Source of the DNA: Macrostomum lignano
Lineage: Eukaryota
Direction of reading: 5' to 3'
Assembly (NCBI GenBank): GCA_002269645.1
Contig: NIVC01000200.1
Span: forward strand, 496,001 to 560,000
Length of the DNA stretch: 64,000 bases
Part shown: one piece after another, positions 1 to 11,380 of the stretch
Numbering within the stretch: the first letter of the stretch is position 1
Layout: each line of letters starts with the position of its first letter
Translations under genes and position numbers: made by a program
Notes under the pieces: generated by a model
The model's input: the letters and a program-made list of their open reading frames with translations, nothing else
What the model was told of the DNA's origin: nothing
The model's database searches: none

Positions 1-56
1 ATCAAAGGTTTAGTAAATGTGTACTGAATACTGCTAGAACGCGTCGAGGCGATGCA

Positions 57-316
57 CTAAGCATGGACGTCAACGTCAAGATGGCCAGTCACGGAGCTGA
101 CGCTGGCGCAGTGGATCGCACTGGCCGTCCCCGCAGCAGCCGCAGCAGTGGCCTCTGTGGAGCTCGATTTGCCATCAGATACAACTTTCCGATCGCTGCC
201 AGCCTGATCAGTGTCGTCTGATGTCGACAGGGCACCGGAGAACGGAGTCAGAAAAAGGCGAACTACCAGCTCGACCAGTTCGATCACAGTGATGATGCTG
301 GCACCCATCCACAGGC
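57..316 (-). CDS. DEG/ENaC gene exon 4 (TM2, GAS selectivity filter, cytoplasmic tail)
   Basis: Acceptor ctccag|GC CTG TGG ATG gives GLWMGASIITVIELVE, ending at stop TAG (57-59). The joined CDS is 748+551+322+260=1881 nt, in frame (626 aa). Confidence 0.9.
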
Positions 317-328
317 CTGGAGGGCGGC

Positions 329-1037
<709 letters not shown>

Positions 1038-1639
1038 ATAATTAGTTAGGCAGTCACTCAGTCAGTTAGCCAGTCTTCAGTGCCATCGCAGGTAAAGAAG
1101 AAACCCCAGTCTGCAAACCTCACGTCAATCATCATGTTTGACATGGGTAATTAATTTTCAGATCAACTTACTACGGAAAATAATTTAGGCTCGTTAGTTA
1201 GTAGGACATTACTTTCCATACTGGAGTCAGCATCGGTCTGTTACTTTTTAGTGCTGTACTTTGAGAAAGGAACTTTCAAATATTTGCTCACCCCATCACT
1301 AACGGCCTATAGCTGGCAGTCGATTTGAGAATATGAGAGAAAATATTGAATAAAGGTGCTCAAGTGTGTGCAGGCAGCTGCTCAATCTTCTCAGTAATGA
1401 AATAATGGATTGATTGATTACTGGGCTGAGTTTGCCAGACTGGGGTGGCACTGCGACAAGTGTGACCTGATTAACACTTTAACAGACGGCGTGACTTGGA
1501 ATTCAGTTCGGCAAAATTTTTATAAAGCATGAAACAGAATTTTAGTGGTCCTCGGCTTTTGCTTTCAAAGGATTTATAAATCTACTGAATTGATTTGAGT
1601 GCTGCTTCAGACTTATGGCAAATACCTCCAGACATGGAA

Positions 1640-2600
1640 TAGATGAGACAGCAGGACATTTCAATGACAGAGTAGATGAGACAGCAGGACATTTCAATGA
1701 CAGAGTGGATAAGACAGCAGGACATTTAGAAGACACAAAATGGATGAGACAGCAGGACATTTAGAATGTACACTAAATGGATGAGACAGCAGGACATTTA
1801 GAATGTACACTAAATGGATGAGACAGCAGGACATTTAGAATGTACACTAAATGGATGAGACAGCAGGACATTTAGAAGACACAGAGTGGATGAGACAGCA
1901 AGACATTTAGAAGACACAGAGTGGATGAGACAGCAGGACATTTAGAAGACACAGAGTGGATGAGACAGCAGGACATTTAGAAGACACAGAGTAGATGAGA
2001 CAGCAAGACATTTAGAAGACACAGAGTGGATGAGACAGCAGGACATTTAGAAGACACAGAGTGGATGAGACAGCAGGACATTTAGAAGACACAGAGTAGA
2101 TGAGACAGCAGGACATTTAGAAGACACAGAGTGGATGAGACAGCAGGACATTTAGAAGACACAGAGTGGATGAGACAGCAAGACATTTAGAAGACACAGA
2201 GTGGATGAGACAGCAGGACATTTAGAAGACACAGAGTGGATGAGACAGCAGGACATTTAGAAGACACAGAGTAGATGAGACAGCAGGACATTTAGAAGAC
2301 ACAGAGTGGATGAGACAGCAGGACATTTAGAAGACACAGAGTGGATGAGACAGCAGGACATTTAGAAGACACAGAGTAGATGAGACAGCAGGACATTTAG
2401 AAGACACAGAGTGGATGAGACAGCAGGACATTTAGAAGACACAGAGTGGATGAGACAGCAGGACATTTAGAAGACACAGAGTGGATGAGACAGCAGGACA
2501 TTTAGAAGACACAGAGTGGATGAGACAGCAGGACATTTAGAAGACACAGAGTGGATGAGACAGCAGGACATTTAGAAGACAGAGAGGATGAGAAAGCAAG
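1640..2600. repeat. 35-bp minisatellite GTGGATGAGACAGCAGGACATTTAGAAGACACAGA
   Basis: Periodicity read directly (1921 to 1956). Lies in ENaC intron 3. Confidence 0.95.
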
Positions 2601-2635
2601 ACAGACAACACAGATCCCCTCCCCCAGCAACAAAC

Positions 2636-2957
2636 CCAGAATTCCTCCCAGATCCGACAGCAGGTTCCTCAGCGGATAGACCCAGTCCTCGATGCTGTGC
2701 ATTGTACTGCTGGTGGCAGCTCCAAGGTCCAACAGAGAAAAATATTGAAACTTCTCAGTCAATGGCCGAGATTTAGCTTCAAGCAGGATGTCCAACCTGT
2801 CCAGACCAGAGTCCAGAGCCAGAGCGATGGCTCGATCGATGTAGAGGTTTAACGAGTTGTTTGTTGCGTTCAGCGAGTAATTATTGTTAGAATTTGATGT
2901 TGAATTTTTTAGCTGTAAACAGGTGTGCCGCGGCCAGCTCGTGGCGGTGACGCTTGA
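2636..2957 (-). CDS. DEG/ENaC gene exon 3
   Basis: Acceptor ttttag|TCA AGC gives SSVTATSWP...YPLRNLLSDLGGIL (degenerin-site region, pre-TM2). Donor CTG G|GTTTGT is phase 1. Confidence 0.85.
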
Positions 2958-3039
2958 CTAAAATTAATAATGAAGTGAGTTAGTAGACTCCAAACTAAGA
3001 AAGCAGGTGGTTAAGCTACCTGTTTTTTAAAGATAAATA

Positions 3040-3300
3040 AAGCTACTGCTAATAGGGCGCCAAAGCTACTGCTAATAGGGGACCAAAGCTACTGCTAATA
3101 GGGCGCCAAAGCTACTGCTAATCAAGTGCCAAAGCTACTGCTAATAGGGCGCCAAAGCTACTGCTAATAGGGCGCCAAAGCTACTGCTAATAGGGCGCCA
3201 AAGCTACTGCTAATAGGGCGCCAAAGCTACTGCAAGGTGGCGCCAAAGCTACTGCAAGGTAGCGCCAAAGCTACTCCAAGGTGGCGCCAAAGCTAATTCA
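3040..3300. repeat. 23-bp minisatellite CCAAAGCTACTGCTAATAGGGCG
   Basis: About 11 copies in ENaC intron 2. Confidence 0.93.
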
Positions 3301-3378
3301 AGGTGGCGCAATTGCCGTTGCCCCTGACCCCTTAGCTACGGCCTCTAGCCAATATTTCGGTATTTGCATTGATCAGAC

Positions 3379-3929
3379 CGGATACTCGATCCGGCAACAA
3401 AGGCGCTGACAGCCGCTAGCGTGCGAGCCGCCGCCTCTCTGAGTCTGGAGATGTCGAATTCGATCGAAACAGAGCGACCGCAGCCTCTGCGGCTGCCACT
3501 CCGCCCAGTGTGACCGGTAGAATGTCTCGAAGTCTTCAACAGTACCGGATGTGAAGTTTATCACCGTCATGTTGTTCGACTTGGCGGGAAAAACTGGAAC
3601 TGGATCAACGTCGACGAAGAAGACCGGCTCCCACAGGGCGTGGCACGGTTGCACTGCCGGTCCCAGCAGGTCTGTTGGCATCGGCAGGTGCTCTGCCAGG
3701 CAGCCGCACTCCCTCAGGAATTCCAGCTGTCGCTGGCGAAGCAGGCAGTCGCGCTGACCGGCGATGAAGCTCTGCTGTCTGCCACCCTCCGCGTAGGTGA
3801 CGTTGCCCAGACTGTCTGTGCAGCTATAAGCCTTCCGGTTCAGCTTTGTCTCTTCGTGACGAGTCACCTTAGCGCTGACTCGCTGAGCGAGCGGCACTTT
3901 GAAGGCGGTTGTCATGTCCGGCGCCGTGC
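3379..3929 (-). CDS. DEG/ENaC gene exon 2 (Cys-rich thumb domain)
   Basis: Acceptor ctaacag|GC ACG (phase 1) continues HEP-G-TAPDMTTAFKVP. Contains ECGC and CQRLCCRIEYP. Phase-0 donor CCG|GTCTGA precedes the in-frame TGA at 3373. Confidence 0.88.
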
Positions 3930-3952
3930 CTGTTAGTCATTGGTCAAGGTAA

Positions 3953-4257
3953 TATTAATAATAATTTATAATTGATTACACCTCGCCTAGTAGGCAGATA
4001 AGCAACCGACATCTGAAGGCTGCGTACGGCTGTTCAGTCCAAGTACTGGGGGTCGCCACACACACCCTCAATTACCCCAGCTAATGCTGGCACCCATTTT
4101 ACAGCTGGGTGAACTGAAGCAATGCAGAGTGAAGTGTCTTGCTCAAGGACACAAATTGTTCCGAGTGGGTCCCGAATCGAACCCCGACCCTTTCGGCTTT
4201 CAGTCGAGAGGATGACGCTCTAACCACTAGGCAACAATCCCTAGTTACTGCATGGTG
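3953..4257 (-). mobile_element. tRNA-derived CORE-SINE, copy A
   Basis: tRNA-like head with A/B boxes, CORE-like CCTTGAGCAAGACACTT...CAGCTGTAAAATGGG and AT-rich tail. Flanked by 11-bp direct repeat GGTCAAGGTAA (3942-3952, 4258-4268). Confidence 0.85.
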
Positions 4258-5334
4258 GGTCAAGGTAACTTGATACGCTTGCATAGATATTTAAGTAGCT
4301 AGGTAATCTTGAAAATGAAAAACTTGCAACTTTTCTGGACTTGACATTATGCTCCGGATTAGGTATTTATGGATTAGGGATCAAGGTGTGTTCGTCTCTA
4401 GCTACGCTTTTTCAGCGGACGGAGTTCGCGGATGCTTGCGTCAGACTGCTGGCCGGACTGAACTAGGAAACTGTCGTTGCTGAATAGTATATGCATCAAA
4501 CAAAGGCGCTCTCTCCTTGTCCGCTACCGTCTACGCATTTGATCCTAGCGTATCTCGTCTAAGTAAAAAAAAAGATAGAATACACAACCAACAACAACAA
4601 GGCCGACCTAAATAAGTAAACGAGTGTATATATATAAGGAATTAAATTAAGGGGGGGGGTTGAGTGTACGCTCGTAGATAAGACAAGGAGGGGTGGAGGT
4701 CGCGACGAAAGAAGGAGGCGAGATCGAAGAGCCAATCAGAAGGCAGCGAGGGGAGAGAGCTAGAGAAAATAGCAAGACTGAACTAGGCAGGAACGTTGAG
4801 TAAACAGAGTGAACAGATAAGTGCAGATGGACTAGGAAAGTCGAGTAAAGACTATACATGTACTTAAGAGCCCAAGGGCCGGAGAACAACATTTGGGTAG
4901 AATGGGACAGCCAATCAAAATTGGGTACGCAGTGGGCTAAGGGCAGAAGGAATCTGGTGGGGGTTGGCTTCTTGTAGACGTGATTACGATCCAATGCTTT
5001 CATCTTAGCAACGTGCTTTTACTCGCATTGTGCAGTCTTGCTTGAATAAATTCGTCCGATTGTTTTGCAGCAAAATAGTTTCAAAGTAATCAGTTTTCTT
5101 TATATCAAATCTAGGTTTGCTTCTTCAGTATCTAGGAAATTCTATACAGTTATAACCTATACAAGACCTTATCTTGTGAAAAGCATTGCTTTCTGAGCAG
5201 TCAGTCAGATGCAGAAAGGAACAGACACAATTTCAAGAGGCCCTACGCACCTGATGCTAGCAATTCGAACGAAAAATGCTAATATTTAGCGTCAAGAGTT
5301 GTGACACTAGACTGCTCTCTATACTATAGCTTAC

Positions 5335-6082
5335 CGGGCTCGTGCAAGCTGATGGAGAAGCCCGGGATGTGGTTAATTTCCTCCTCTTCTGTGAGGAAGC
5401 TGTTCGCATCTGAGTACAGCAGCAGGAAAAGCCCCTTGCCCTCCTCCGTCTGTGCAATGCTCCGATCCTCCGGTGTGAATGTGAAGCACAGGAAGCGCTC
5501 GGGGTCGCGGTACTCTGCGAACTCCTTGTCAAGATGGCAGTTTCGCGAGTTGAAAGTACACGCTACCACCGTGTCTCGCAGCGTCTGGAACTGCTGCGAG
5601 CGGTAGGCGACCTGCTTCAGACTGAACATGCCGTCATCGTAGGAGCTGTAGGGATAGTAGGGAATCGCTGGGTGGGACTCGTTCGACTTGATGCGGTACC
5701 AGATCCTCGCCAGGTCGTACGTCATGTCGTACACGGACCGGTTGCTGCCATACCTGTTGGGGATGCTCGAGTTCGAGTAGAAGTAGTGGATGTAGTCATT
5801 CGGACACACTGTCACCGACGGGAACTGGAAGTCGTCCAGACCTTCGAAGGCCTCGGTGTTGACCGGGTACTCCAAGTAGCGGGTGAGCAGCTGGCCAAGG
5901 TGGACGAAGAAGCCGACAACGGTGCCGAGGACGAACAGCAGCCAGACGGCGCGATAGACGAGCGGCCCGTCGCTCAGACGTCGCACGCCGTGGATTGTCG
6001 TCTCCCTGGAGAACACGCGGCCGATCTCGGAGCGACTCGCGTCTATACGGTCAGACAGGTGCATACTTGCTATACTGGCCAA
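5335..6082 (-). CDS. DEG/ENaC (ASIC-like, amiloride-sensitive Na+ channel family) gene, exon 1 of 4
   Basis: ORF 5324..6082 carries the pre-TM1 TTIHG motif, hydrophobic TM1 (AVWLLFVLGTVVGFFV), YLEYP and FPSVTVC, all DEG/ENaC hallmarks. Phase-1 donor CCC G|GTAAG at 5335/5334. Confidence 0.93.
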
Positions 6083-7364
6083 GGTTCTAAAGTTCTAGGA
6101 TTCAAACACGCTTCGCAAGAAGCGTTGCTATCCAGGCAGATGTAGCTATATGTTCAGACGAATACAAAGTCTTCGCGAGATTAGTTTGCAGACAGCGAAT
6201 GACAGACGCCTGCTTCAGTTGGGGATGTTTTGAAATGCATTTAGCTGGCACCAATCAGCTTGGCCCTGAGCAGTGATTGGCACTGCGAGAATAATCTCGC
6301 ACTTTTTAGTAAAATGCCGACAAACAGAGAGGACGATAGGTTCAGAACCTGCAGTAGATGACAGCAGGAACTCTTGATTTGAGAGGAGGCCACTTGTTGG
6401 TTGCCAAGGCGTTTTAGCACGATGATCAATACATAATAATGACATTAAAATAATTGACATCCGCAACCAATTAGGCAATTCCGCGTACTCCGCAGATTCT
6501 CTGTGCCTTTGGGGGTTGGCTGGTGAACTAAATCGAACCAGAATGTCGTAGATTAAAAATAAACAAATCATTTGGAAACCGCAAACTTGAATTTGTGGTT
6601 TTTTTTAACAATTCTCATTCATAATGACCCAACTAATAACCTGTTTATTATTACTGTTACATTAAATATTATCAACTGTAAAGTTCGACAGGGGGGGGGG
6701 GCAGTTGTATTAATGACAATCACTAATTACAGCTTTTAGGTCAGAGCGAGCAAGTGAAAGAAAAAATAAAATAATTAATGCAACTCAGATATAGCAGAAA
6801 AATATGATAATAATTAGTCTAACAGTCGTTAAAGTTAAACTTAACTAAACTACTAAAGCCTATAAACTATACAAAACCGTAGGATAACAAAAAAGGCAAA
6901 TGAAGAACATACAAACCCCTTGCAATTAAATATCTAAACACTTTAATTTTATTATTATTTTTTACATCGTTAATACTCTACAGAGAAAAAAAACTTTATT
7001 GATAAAACTGCAATTAGCAAGAAAAAAACCTCAACGATTTGGGACCAACTTTGAAACAATATCTGGAAAACATTACCGCAATTTTTGCTTCACAAATTTG
7101 AACAAAGCCTTTTATGATTAAGTTTAGTAGACAATACACGGCAATAAGCACTGCCAGTATGTTAACTCTCGCCTATGGTCTGAAGTCTGTGCAATGTATT
7201 AAGTACCCAAGTTCTGAGGCCAGAACATTTGCTGTTTTGGGTGTTAATAGAAACGATGACATAATCAATTTGACTGAAAAACCCTAACACCCTTGCATGC
7301 GTCTTTTCAATGCGACTAAAGTTCAAAACTTGTAAAACAAGACGGTGGCATAGTTAATGTGTCA

Positions 7365-7667
7365 TTACTGGCTGCATTTCTTCACCTTCGATGACGGACC
7401 GCCAGACTCGTAAGATGACGAATAGCGATTCTTCCGCTTGAGCACCTGCCGCATCAGCTCAACGCTGGTGTCCGGGCTCTCTCTGGTGAAGTCCAACCAC
7501 TCAGCGGTGGCCAGGACGCCGTCGGGACAGTCGCGAATGCACCGGATACAGGCGGATTTCAAGATTTCGCAATCGTACAGCCAGGCGATGCGAATGCAGC
7601 TGATTAAATTATCCGAGTTTAGCGAATAGGACAACCGTTGAGAGCACAGTTCGATTAGGGATTTCAC
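7365..7667 (-). CDS. MATH-BTB gene exon 3 (BACK-like helices and basic C-terminal NLS-like tail)
   Basis: Acceptor ttgcag|GTG AAA gives VKSLIELCSQRL...LKSACIRCI...W...LMRQVLKRK...KVKK. The joined CDS is 1275 nt, in frame (424 aa). Confidence 0.88.
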   Translation of the reverse strand: MKSLIELCSQRLSYSLNSDNLISCIRIAWLYDCEILKSACIRCIRDCPDGVLATAEWLDFTRESPDTSVELMRQVLKRKNRYSSSYESGGPSSKVKKCSQ

Positions 7668-7784
7668 CTGCAACAGTTCGAGATATTCGAGTTTTGCTTG
7701 TGTGCTAAGTGACCCGAATATCTGCAGGATTGTTGGGTTGAGTCGCTGACTGAGTGACAGATAAGGGTGGGAAAGTGACAGACA

Positions 7785-8300
7785 GATTAGGGGTGTCTGA
7801 GTGACAGATTAAGGGTGTCTGAGTGACAGACTAGAGGTGTCTGAGTGACAGACTAGAGGTGTCTGAGTGACAGACTAGAGGTGTCTGAGTGACAGACTAG
7901 AGGTGTCTGAGTAACAGACTAGAGGTGTCTGAGTGACAGATTAGGGGTGTCTGAGTGACAGATTAGGGGTGTCTGAGTGACAGATTAGGGGTGTCTGAGT
8001 GACAGATTAGGGGGTGTTTAAGTGACAGACTAGAGGTGTCTGAGTAACAGACTAGAGGTGTCTGAGTGACAGACTAGAGGTGTCTGAGTAACAGACTAGA
8101 GGTGTCTGAGTGACAGACTAGAGGTGTCTGAGTAACAGACTAGAGGTGTCTGAGTGACAGACTAGAGGTGTCTGAGTAACAGACTAGAGGTGTCTGAGTG
8201 ACAGACTAGAGGTGTCTGAGTAACAGACTAGAGGTGTCTGAGTGACAGACTAGAGGTGTCTGAGTAACAGACTAGAGGTGTCTGAGTGACAGACTAGGAG
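7785..8300. repeat. 22-bp minisatellite CTGAGTGACAGACTAGAGGTGT
   Basis: Fills MATH-BTB intron 2. GTGAC and GTAAC variants alternate over 8030-8290. Confidence 0.95.
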
Positions 8301-8385
8301 TGTCTGGGTTGCCAAGTGATTGACAGGGTTCGTAATTGGCAGAAAAGGGACTATTTAAAATCAACAAACCACACTGTACACTGAC

Positions 8386-8995
8386 CTGATACAGGTGGGC
8401 CATCTTCATCAGTTCGAGAGCTCGGTCCTGCAGCTCGGTCCCGCTAATCCTACCGCCGTACAAGTACACAAAGAACAGACGAATAGTTTCCACCGAGAAA
8501 CTATCAATGACAATCTCTGATTCAGTTGATTCTTTACAAGAATTCGAGATCATAGCGGCGAACACCTCGCTGCGGACGCACAGTACGCACTTGTGCACTT
8601 TAATCACGGTATCGCCTGGGGCCAGTATCCTCAGATCGGAGAATGAACCATCAACAAGTAGGCCGCTAAAGTCGCAGGCCTCCATTTGATAGTACACCTG
8701 ATCGGCGTCCGGACCGTCAGCTGCTGTTGGACTGCACGGCCGGACTGACGGGCAGAGATGGAGCCGCGGATTCTGGCACTGCTGACAGCTGTGACACTGA
8801 CGCTCGGAATTGGTGGACGGATCGGCTGACACGGTCTCTTCAATGGAGAATTCAACGTGAGCTCGGACAATGAGATTTTCGCTACTCTCCAGCATCAGGC
8901 GTTGGGCGAACCTGGCGTGACCGAAGCCGCGGTAGCTGTTGTTGTCCCGGCTGGTGATGTGCCGGTTGCGGTTGCTGAGGTCGCCGATCTTTGAC
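8386..8995 (-). CDS. MATH-BTB gene exon 2 (end of MATH, linker, BTB/POZ domain)
   Basis: Acceptor (CT)n cag|G TCA AAG. YRGFGHARF ends MATH. FSDLRIL...IKVHKCVLCVRSEVFAAM...FSVETIRLFFVYLYGG is the BTB signature. Donor TAT CAG|GTCAGT. Confidence 0.9.
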
Positions 8996-9044
8996 CTGAG
9001 AGAGAGAGAGAGAGATTGGGTTTTAATACTTAGCTAGTAGTCTA

Positions 9045-9320
9045 GGGTTATAGCCTAGGGACTCACGACTGAAAGGTCGGGGGTTCGATTACCGATCCCA
9101 TTGGAACAATTTGTGTGCTTTCAAGAGTTCACCCAGCTGTAAAATGGGTCCCAGCATTAGCTGAGGTAATTGAGGGTGTTTGTGGCGACCTCCCCCCTCC
9201 TTAGTTCTTGGACTGAACAGCCGTACGCAGCCTTCAGATGCGCCGCGCAATAGCTGCGGCTGAGCTGTCGGTTGCACATCTGCCTCAAGTGGGGCAGGTG
9301 TAATCAATTATTATTATTAT
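9045..9320 (+). mobile_element. tRNA-derived CORE-SINE, copy B (internal deletions)
   Basis: Colinear with copies A and C (GGTTCGATT B box, CCCAGCTGTAAAATGGG, GGACTGAACAGCCGTACGCAGCC, GGTGTAATCAA(TTA)n). Lies in intron 1 of the MATH-BTB gene. Confidence 0.85.
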
Positions 9321-9475
9321 TGGTTTGTTAGTTAGCTATAATAATATTTGATTACACCTACCCTAATGTAGGTGTAACATCGGGGCTGGTCTTCATGGTG
9401 GCATGAAATCTCAAACAAAAATTGCATCTCAGCCTACTAACAGTAAACATAATAGTTTTTGCTTATTTTACTCAC

Positions 9476-9837
9476 CCATTATCTAATTCGATCTCAAAGC
9501 CAAATCGAACGGACACCTCCTTGACTTCGCCATACTCAGCAACCATCAGGAACAATCCAAAGAAGGATGTGGCAGCCTCTTCCCGTTTCTCTTTTAGATA
9601 CATTTTGAAAGCAAAATCTGGCACATTGTTAGCGTAGAAAGCATCGGACTCAAAGCATCGGTCTTTATAGTTGTGAAAATTCCATTGGGCAATGCGCCAC
9701 TCCAGACTCATTGTGTGCACCGTGATGTCCGAGTGGATTACCTGGACAGATGATTCGGTATCTGATACGGAATTTGCACTGCCACTGCCGCCATTACGAC
9801 GGTCAGTAGTTGAGGAAGTGTGACTGATAACGCGCAT
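9476..9837 (-). CDS. MATH-BTB (SPOP-like, Cullin3 adaptor) gene, exon 1 of 3
   Basis: MATH-like strand pattern (LEWRIAQW...FESDAFY...FKMYL...FFGLFL). Donor AAT GG|GTGAGT is phase 2. Confidence 0.82.
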
Positions 9838-10254
9838 TTGAGCTTAGCTGGATGTGTACTTGTGTGTGTATTTATACCTGCAAGTGCAATCATCATAATT
9901 AAAATAATGGAGCTGAAATTCTAGTCAAATTAGTTTTATTATAATATTTTTAAAAAAGTGTTCTATGAATAGATTTGTTTTGATACCATTTAAAAGTATA
10001 ATGTAAGGCCAATTTTAGAATGCAGAAGAAACAACCTGATCTTTGACTTTCTCTGCTCTAGAAAAACAAGATCTTTGGAAGTGAAAGACCATAATATTAT
10101 GAGGAAATCATTGTACAAAGTGGACTGTAAAGCTATATAGCAAGACCAATGCCACACTATACAAGGCATTGTGTAGTAATAAGCCCCTACCATCCTAACC
10201 ACAATGTGCATGTAGTATGAAAAATGTGTTGTTTGAGTCTGTGACCCAGGGACT

Positions 10255-10650
10255 TACAATTCTAGGAACTTAAGAGCTCCCCTCAACCCTCATATTGAAA
10301 ATGAAAACATTCATCTTAACTTTATTCTACCACCTAACCCCAATGAGCACATGGAATTAAAACTCTATTGCTTAAGTCCCTAACCCTAGGGACTGAAGAG
10401 CTCCTCTTCATTGAAAGTGAAAATATACATCTTAACTTTAGTTAGTCTCCCCATCACCTAACAATGCAGCATGCATATGGCATTGAAACTCTGTTGCTAA
10501 GTCTCCAAATCCATGCAGGTACTTAAGAGCTCCCCTTTGAAAGTGAAAACATTCATCTTAACTTTAGCCTTTATTACCCAACCACACCATAGAGATGGCA
10601 TTGACAATGAAATTCCAGGAACTTAAGAGTTCCTCTCAGTTTGATTTAAA
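10255..10650. repeat. Diverged ~100-130-bp tandem repeat (4 partial copies)
   Basis: ACTTAAGAGCTCC...GAAA(A/G)TGAAAA(C/T)ATTCATCTTAACTTT recurs at about 10264, 10388, 10516 and 10616. Confidence 0.7.
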
Positions 10651-11037
10651 ATTGACAATATTCATTTATTTATATTATCCTACTCTATCAAATCAATAAC
10701 CCCAATGGCCTTTCAATTCTCAGTTAAGTAGATAATATTATTAGATATGTAAAGTACAAGTTCTCATAACTATATAGTCATAGGCCTATTGAAATCTAGA
10801 CTCTAGAAGATTACATATATGCCAGAAAATTCTAGCATACAACTGACCTCTTTTAAAGTTGGCATACAAATTTTGGCATATAAATTCATGCAGATTGTTT
10901 GGCATACGAATTTATGCTGCACATGACAATTTTAATGAAAATAAATGTTTTTATATAAAATAGACAAAAATTCATTTATTCTCAAAAGTCAATTATAAAT
11001 TTTGGCTTTTTATGAATAGCATTAATTAAAAACAGAG

Positions 11038-11380
11038 CTAGGTTTTTTGTGCGAAATGGTGCGAATAGCATCCTGGTCTTAAAAATTGCACCAGAATTTT
11101 TTGCAAGGGTGTGATGCGGATTTCACAATTTAGTGTTATGGATGTCTTAAGTCTGTAACTTTGTATTCTTAGAATTAGCCAGTAATTTTTTTAATCTTTA
11201 ATTAATATAATTTAAGGAATTGTCAACTGTCAATTAAATTTTGGTAAGTAGAACCTGACCTGATGAATTGAATACTGAATAGTGGACAGCCTAGGTTTTT
11301 TGTGCAAATGGGTGCAAATAGTATCCTGGTCTTGAAAATTGTACCCTAAAATCTAGCACAGGGTGCGAAATCACACCCAA
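11038..11380. repeat. Pair of diverged ~90-bp direct repeats
   Basis: AGGTTTTTTGTGC.AA.TGG.GC.AATAG.ATCCTGGTCTT.AAAATTG.ACC at about 11040 and 11292. Confidence 0.6.

Noticed and set aside
1070-1140. Possible extra ENaC exon between the two arrays of intron 3
   Set aside because: Exons 3 and 4 already join to give the complete GGILGLWMGAS motif, and the translation is not ENaC-like.
4400-5030. Possible solo LTR or promoter-like segment in ENaC intron 1 (CCAAT and TATA-like motifs)
   Set aside because: No TG...CA ends, TSD or second copy is visible.
5301-6145. Plus-strand ORFs (101 aa, 203 aa) opposite ENaC exon 1, and similar shadows at 3551-3936, 23665-24786, 30064-31163 and 58917-60138
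   Set aside because: They are antisense shadows of GC-rich true exons with no recognisable motifs.
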